DNA of 64,000 nucleotides from Fistulifera solaris (Eukaryota): NCBI GenBank assembly GCA_030295235.1, contig AP026137.1, positions 558,001 to 622,000 of the forward strand, read 5' to 3'. Shown piece by piece: positions 58,171 to 64,000 of this stretch (position 1 is its first letter; each line of letters starts with the position of its first letter). The notes under the pieces were generated by a model. It saw only the letters and a program-made list of their open reading frames with translations, ran no database searches and was not told where the DNA came from. The position numbers and the translations under genes were made by a program.

Positions 58171-60625
58171 ATGGGTCTCAAAATATGGCGACGATGCTTC
58201 GCTCTGGCTTCCATTGTATTAGTACTGCCCATGGTGCTCCATTCGATACGGATGGTCGTCGATCGCGAGTCGGATTTGTTGTTACAGGCACTCGACCGCC
58301 GCGCAGCGGCTCCGTATCATCATCCCAAAATCGCATTACCCGAATCCATGCCAGAATCGGCCGTCTGTCTCATGATCATGGACGACAATCACTTTCTCGT
58401 CGAATGGGTCGCCTATCATTATCACGTCTGGAATTTGCGTTCGCTGGTCGTTCTCAATGACGAAAAATCCGTCAACTCGCCACGAGAAGTATTGGATCGA
58501 TGGAAAGGACTCATTGATATTGTCTACTGGGAAGACAAAGATTTTGGATTTGTGCCGGGGGAAATTTATACACTCAATCATGGACCGCTCGCACGAACCG
58601 GGTTAAAATTGCGGGTCTATCAAGAACGACAAGCATTGTTTTATGGAAAGTGCGTGCGGTACCTATATGAACATGCACCGGCGAGTGAGTGGGCTATGTT
58701 GATTGATACCGATGAGTTTGTGGCGTTGCCTGAAACGAAAGCGAACACCGCGGATGAAGTCAATCCTCTCTTTTACGAACCCGGCGGTCTGGCGCGGCAT
58801 TTTGAAACACTCGCCAAAACCAAAGAAAGTGAAAGTGTCTGTATCAAACTGCATCGCCGGGAATACGGTTCGATTGAAAGTTCACCGACCGACGTGCAAC
58901 GGCGTGTGCCGCCGGGATGGAATGGTACCGACTTTTTCACGACACGGTGGCGGTATGTCAGCTCCCACAAGCGTCGACGTCTGGCGGGAAAATCCATTGT
59001 CTTACTAAATCATACCAAGTGGTCCATAGATGAATATCCCACTGTCACGCACACGTTGGGACATGAATACAAAGAGGGATGCTTGGTGCAGAACGATTTT
59101 CGTGTCTATCAATACACGGGCTCCAAGGAACAGTTCTTGTCCAAGACGCAGGATACGCGATCGTCCACGTACCGGGTGCAGCAATTTGAACTGCGCAAAG
59201 GAAACGAGACGGATTCGACCGTGGTAGACCATTCGCGCGATTGGCTGAGTGGTTTTGTGGCATTGATGGGGCCCGATCAAGCCAAGAGATTACTGAAAGA
59301 TGCTGGTTCAACCACCGTCTGGCATGATGTCAATGAAGAACCCAAAAACATACTGGAATGGATGTTTGGACTGCATCCTATATTGACTTGGGGTCATGTC
59401 GACGCTCATCAGCCCGAGATTGCGACCACGGAAGCGATCGAGGAGACTTTTCCTCAAGCTACGTCCCCGCGGAGCAAACTGAGGAGACGACGACGACGAC
59501 GACTCCATCGCCGCCAATGAAAACGGAAGTGACCCCGGATCCATATGAAATGGAACTTTCACAAGAGCATCCAAAACATGCTGTCTTCTACAACGTTTTC
59601 GTGAGCCCTACCGAACAAGATATTACTATTCCAGGCGGCATTGTTTTGGAACAATTGCAACAAATCGGTGAATCGTATGCAGCATCCGCCGGTGGCCTGC
59701 ATGTCTATTACAACACAGTGGGAAACTCGATTTTACTGGAAGGTTCTGTCGCGGATAGTATCAAAGCAAAATGTAATGAGCTGGGGCTGACGTGTGTCCA
59801 TTTGGCGCATTACCGAGAAGGCTTTGAGGAACTGACCCTGCAAAAGTGCACGAATTCTGCACCGCATACCCCGACCGACAAGTTATTTATCTACACAATA
59901 AAGGATCTTACACACAAGAGATCAAGAGAGATCGTTGGCGACGACATATGACACGCGCCGTCACGGACAAACTCTGTTTAGATCACATGGACGAATGCAC
60001 GACATGCGGTTTACTGTTTCAGCCCATTTTCACATTCTTCTTCCCGGGCAATTTTTTTATCTCCCAATGCAGCTACGTGAGTCGCCTGATAGCACCAAAC
60101 GAGTTTGAGGCGAAGTCCGACGTAATGCTGACAAGTCGTCCGAAGGAGCTAATGGGTGTTATCTATCCAGAGACAAAAGTAACCCGTGGAGAAAAGCGAT
60201 GGGCCATGGAGCACTGGATTGGCTCTCATCCTTCAATGATCCCTTGTCATGTTTCGACTCACCCAAGTATCTTACAATGGATGAAAAGCGACACTGGTCT
60301 TTCGTTTCAATTTATGAATTCAGCGAAGCTTCCGCTTATTTCCCGATGGTTGAAGAATGATGTTGGTAAAATGAAAAGTATACTAAACGATCCAGCTTCG
60401 AGAAGACGTGAGAACGGCCTTCTCGGGGGTTTGCTATGGAAATGGCATTCCTTTTATCAAGATATACCTCCGGCGGACTCATGGATCTGGAACTACTTTC
60501 CTGATGGAAAGGAATGGCGTCAGCTGGTCGAGACACATCCCAATGTGTCCGAAGCACTGCAAGTCGCATGGCAAGAAGTTCCCCCATCACAACAATGGTT
60601 AAAGATGGTGAAAACTTCAGGATGA
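58171..60625 (+). CDS. Type II membrane glycosyltransferase-like (GT-A, DxD) protein, probably fused to a YLHNKG domain, 2 frameshifts
   Basis: TM segment, AVCL...EWVAYHY and WAMLIDTDEF. Second module with FYNVF, YLHNKGSY, GNFF and EHWIGSHP. Indels at ~59467 and ~59845. Confidence 0.7.
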
Positions 60626-60983
60626 GACAGCGAATCGTCATGGTTCGTCACTCATAAACAACAACCTATAGACATATTACTTAAGCCTTTTCGAGTCAAA
60701 ATAATCGGGATATCAAACGTCCCGCCTTGTACCTGGTACTTTGTTTGCAAGTTACACGAAACCGGTTGGTGTGTTTCAAGGACATTTTTAGTTGAAACCG
60801 AACAGCGAATTGCGCTATTGGCTTTTCAGCGTTTGGATTGTGAAAGAATTGAGGGACGGCGTAGTGGGTGTGCCTGTAGCATTTCAGATTTTTTTCGCGA
60901 CGACAACGACCAATAAGGCTGAAAGCTGTATTTTTAAGTGAAAGTATCGGTAAATGAACCCAGGTATTTTTGCTTAATGCGTG

Positions 60984-62644
60984 TTATCTGGAAGCTCGCT
61001 TTACAGCGCGTGGGGGATGAACACGGACTTTTCGTTTTACACCGTTAGCTTGATGAGAACTATGCGAATCACGTGGTGTTACACGTTCATCAGCTGTGGG
61101 CCCTATAGCAAAGAAAGTCTCGGTAATTTCTTCATATAAAAGCTCGCACAGCATGTCGGTGTGGAAGGACATTAACAGAGCAATGTATGTAAAGCTCTTG
61201 ATAGCGCGTTTCGCCAAAGCCAACGCAACAGTGTTGGTCGCACCGATGTCGACTCTTTCGCGAGTTTCATCGTTCTGCTGTACAGAAAATTCTGATGATA
61301 CAGTTTATCGATCGTGGTCCCACTTGCAATTCTTTCCCCTCTTCTATTCCGTACGGTGATGTTTCGGTTTCGTGAAAGTAGCCGTTCTAACCACGAGTAG
61401 TCAGGCTGCCGTGAACATTCCGAGCTCTCGTCGTCCGAGTCTGAATATGATGTATCATTTACAGTGTTTTCAGATGGAAAAGTGCCAATGACAACCGTAC
61501 GAAGTCCTTGATGCTCTCCGATAATTTCCAAGATATTTTCCAAGTGGGGCGACCATCCCAATAACCAATCAATGCCGCTCAAGTCTATGTGCCTCAAATT
61601 CTGATTGCCGTTATAAGCACCCATCAATGCTTGTGAAATAGGCGCTAGATCGACTTCACAATTCTCGTCGGGGTCGACCATCGAGACACGCAACCGCTCC
61701 AAAGGCTGCAGTTTCGCCACTCGAGTCAAGAATGATGTCAAAACTTTATCCCATCCTACGGCATCTTCTAGACTGATTCTAACAGAAAGATCTTTTGTAA
61801 CAATATCGAGAGAATCGAAATCGTCCTCCTTCATGTATCTCGCATCCAACATACAGTCCAAAGCACTCACACTCTTATGAAATGGCAGACTGACACACTC
61901 TTTCTGCAAAAAGGAAGTCGATAGTTTATCGAATATCTCTAGTTGGAGTAGCTTCTCCAAATTCTTGTCCGTAAACGGTATCTTGGCTCTGACAACATCC
62001 ATATTAAACGAGTCAAAAGGTGATTGTCGCCTACTAAGTGCGTTCACAAAAGCAGTTCCTCCGTCCAGAAAAGCAAAATCCTCGCCCAATTTTAGATTTC
62101 TAGACCGTGTTGCTAGAACTATGGACTGTGCTGGATTCCATACGCCTCTTTGCAGCGATATTTGTCGTTCCGGATTCGCATCCAGGATGCAAGACAGTTG
62201 CTCGGCTGTAAGAGCCGCAAAGTCGAACTTCAAATGTTGGTTGTAAGACGAAACACAACCAATTGCAGACAACCCTGGCTGGCATCCGAATGATGAAGAG
62301 ACTAGAAGAAGCTCGCCGTCTCGGCGATCGCCGCATCGCTTTTTCCGTAAATAGCGCAGGAAAGAATATCTCCCTCATGAATTATATAAAATTCCACAAG
62401 TCGTTCCTCAAATAACTTCATGGCGCTGATTCCTGTGCAAATCAGAGTGTCATTCTCTCGGCAAATCGCAATGGTCTCGTAGATATGCCATACGAAATCG
62501 TCCAAAGAGCGCAATTCTCGCTGTAATCGGTAAAAGGGATGTCGCGTCGGCAGAGATCGGTGCGTCGTAATGCTTGAAACGTGGGTGAGAGTTCATTTGC
62601 GGGTATCGTTTCATTATCGGTCCATCGTTCCTCTGAGCCTCCAT
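60984..62644 (-). pseudogene. Lineage-expanded LRR-like hypothetical family member, fragmented by several frameshifts (pseudogene or assembly error)
   Basis: Consecutive same-strand ORF pieces (62450-62644, 62302-62514, 62100-62378, 61172-62272, 60984-61223) with DGGTAFVNAL, LLSRNRNITV and HTDMLCEL. Confidence 0.6.
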
Positions 62645-62730
62645 TTTCTGGTGTTATGATTTCAGGGGATTATTATTTCTCTTGAAGGTCACGACAAAGG
62701 TCGAAATAGCAAAGCGCCGAGCGCCGATCA

Positions 62731-63065
62731 TTTTTCCTTACAATCAATCCCCTTGCAAAAATTTACGGATTTTACATAGGAGAATCGGACGGACTGTATT
62801 TAGCGATCTAAAACCATTTCACGACTATTGTCGGAAGTGTAAGCGAAAATCCATAAGGTGAGTCTGGAATTTCAAAATAAATTGAGGTTATCAAGCTTAA
62901 AAGTTGGATAACCTTAATAGAGTGACGTCATGCCCGTTTCTCCTTATGGATTTTCTGGTACACCAATCACCACAGTGCTGTTTTGGTTTTAGATTGTTAA
63001 GTAAAATCCATGTCGCTCTAATAAGTAAAATCCGTAAAATTTTGCAAGGGGATTGTAAGGAAAAA
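62731..63065. mobile_element. Fold-back / MITE-like element with nested inverted repeats
   Basis: Outer arms 62731-62775 and 63025-63065. Perfect inner pairs 62806-62816 / 62984-62994, 62845-62858 / 62942-62955 and 62885-62892 / 62907-62914, all centred near 62900. Confidence 0.8.
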
Positions 63066-63244
63066 AAAGAGAGACCGGAATGTTTCGTCATTTTTACGTG
63101 CTTCATTCATCTTTTACTCCTTTGCCCTTTTGCTTTCGATCAACTTCGAACTGACTGTGATATCTTTCAAAATCTAAAGAAGCCAAGAAGCGACGTTTTT
63201 GGTCGAAAGGGCAAGCCTAACAGTTCGCCGCCGCTAAACTTGTC

Positions 63245-64000
63245 ATGGTTGCCGTGAGGCCTTCTCGATCACTGGTCGGTGGCGGTCGCACTTCACCGCC
63301 AAGGTGTACGTGTACTCTTCTCATACTATTTTCACTGACACTTTACTACTGGACGTTCATTGACATTGACAAGAGCATCAGATTATCCATAGAAACCATC
63401 AGTCCTGCAGCAGCACCTATAACAATTGAGGTCGACCCTGCAGAACTCGACGCTTCTCGTACATACATTCGTTCCATAAAAAGCTTCGGTCGAGCCTTGA
63501 AGTTTCTCCATATACCGAAGAATGCAGGATCTGCCATTGAAGAAGTAGCGGGTGGAACTCGTCCTCAATATTGGGGCGGGTGTCTGTTCAAACACAAACC
63601 AAAGGTACGTGATAGAGCGACTGGATGTTTCGCATGTGATGAAATAATCATTTTCTTACGTACTCCCTTTCGTTCACACAGCGGAAATCATGTATTTATC
63701 CCCAAGGAGGATGGTGGCCGGAACATGTCGCTTGGTGGCATATTCCGAGTCAATTTTTCCCTCTAGGGAAGGTCGATCCCTATGCCGATGCCGACGTCTT
63801 TGCTGTTGTGCGAGAACCCCTCGATCGTATCTTGTCGGAATTTTATTACGTATGTTCCCTTCGTCATGAAGACTGGAGACCCTATCAGTGTGACAAAGAT
63901 CGACTGTTTGAACCGGAGTATTTGAATAATTGGTTACAACGAAAGATACAGGCACAGCCCGAAACCCCATCGGCCGAGCGCTATCTCATGGATTTTGGCC
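63245..64000 (+). CDS. Type II membrane sulfotransferase-family protein, 3'-truncated
   Basis: TM segment, FLHIPKNAGSAIE, intron at 63604-63681, then WWHIP and FAVVREPLDRILSEF. Confidence 0.8.

Noticed and set aside
59485..59520. Poly-Arg C-terminal tail or NLS
   Set aside because: Probably an out-of-frame reading of a Thr-rich linker after an indel.

Overview
Gene-dense eukaryotic nuclear DNA from a diatom. Support: short GT-AG introns of about 60-90 nt, several signal peptide + ASAF-type plastid presequences, and diatom-type protein families. A raphid pennate such as Fistulifera is my inference, not a database result. About 36 protein genes can be modelled. Recognisable ones include a class I haem peroxidase, a GT49-like glycosyltransferase, COQ10-like, POLD3-like, HCF173/CIA30-like, an mTERF-repeat protein, an NTT-like transporter, an LRR protein, kinases, a dsRBD protein, sulfotransferases, phosphoserine phosphatase, thiolase, serine acetyltransferase, TPR, EF-hand, PDZ and YqgF-like proteins. 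Roughly half of the genes are broken by single-base indels, mostly in homopolymer runs, most likely assembly error. The most interesting non-coding signals are (1) a diverged 205-250-bp repeat family with a two-palindrome core, present at four separate intergenic loci, (2) a 311-bp hAT-type MITE with an 8-bp TSD, (3) a ~335-bp fold-back element and (4) clustered CAGA-N3-TCTG palindromes in promoters. The most interesting coding signals are an mTERF + NUMOD1-like HTH + RNase H-like fusion, a tandem pair of acidic RXL-motif secreted proteins, and a tandem pair of beta-barrel-like proteins with a conserved GC-AG intron. I saw no rRNA, tRNA, CRISPR array or autonomous transposon. All family assignments come from motif recognition by eye.
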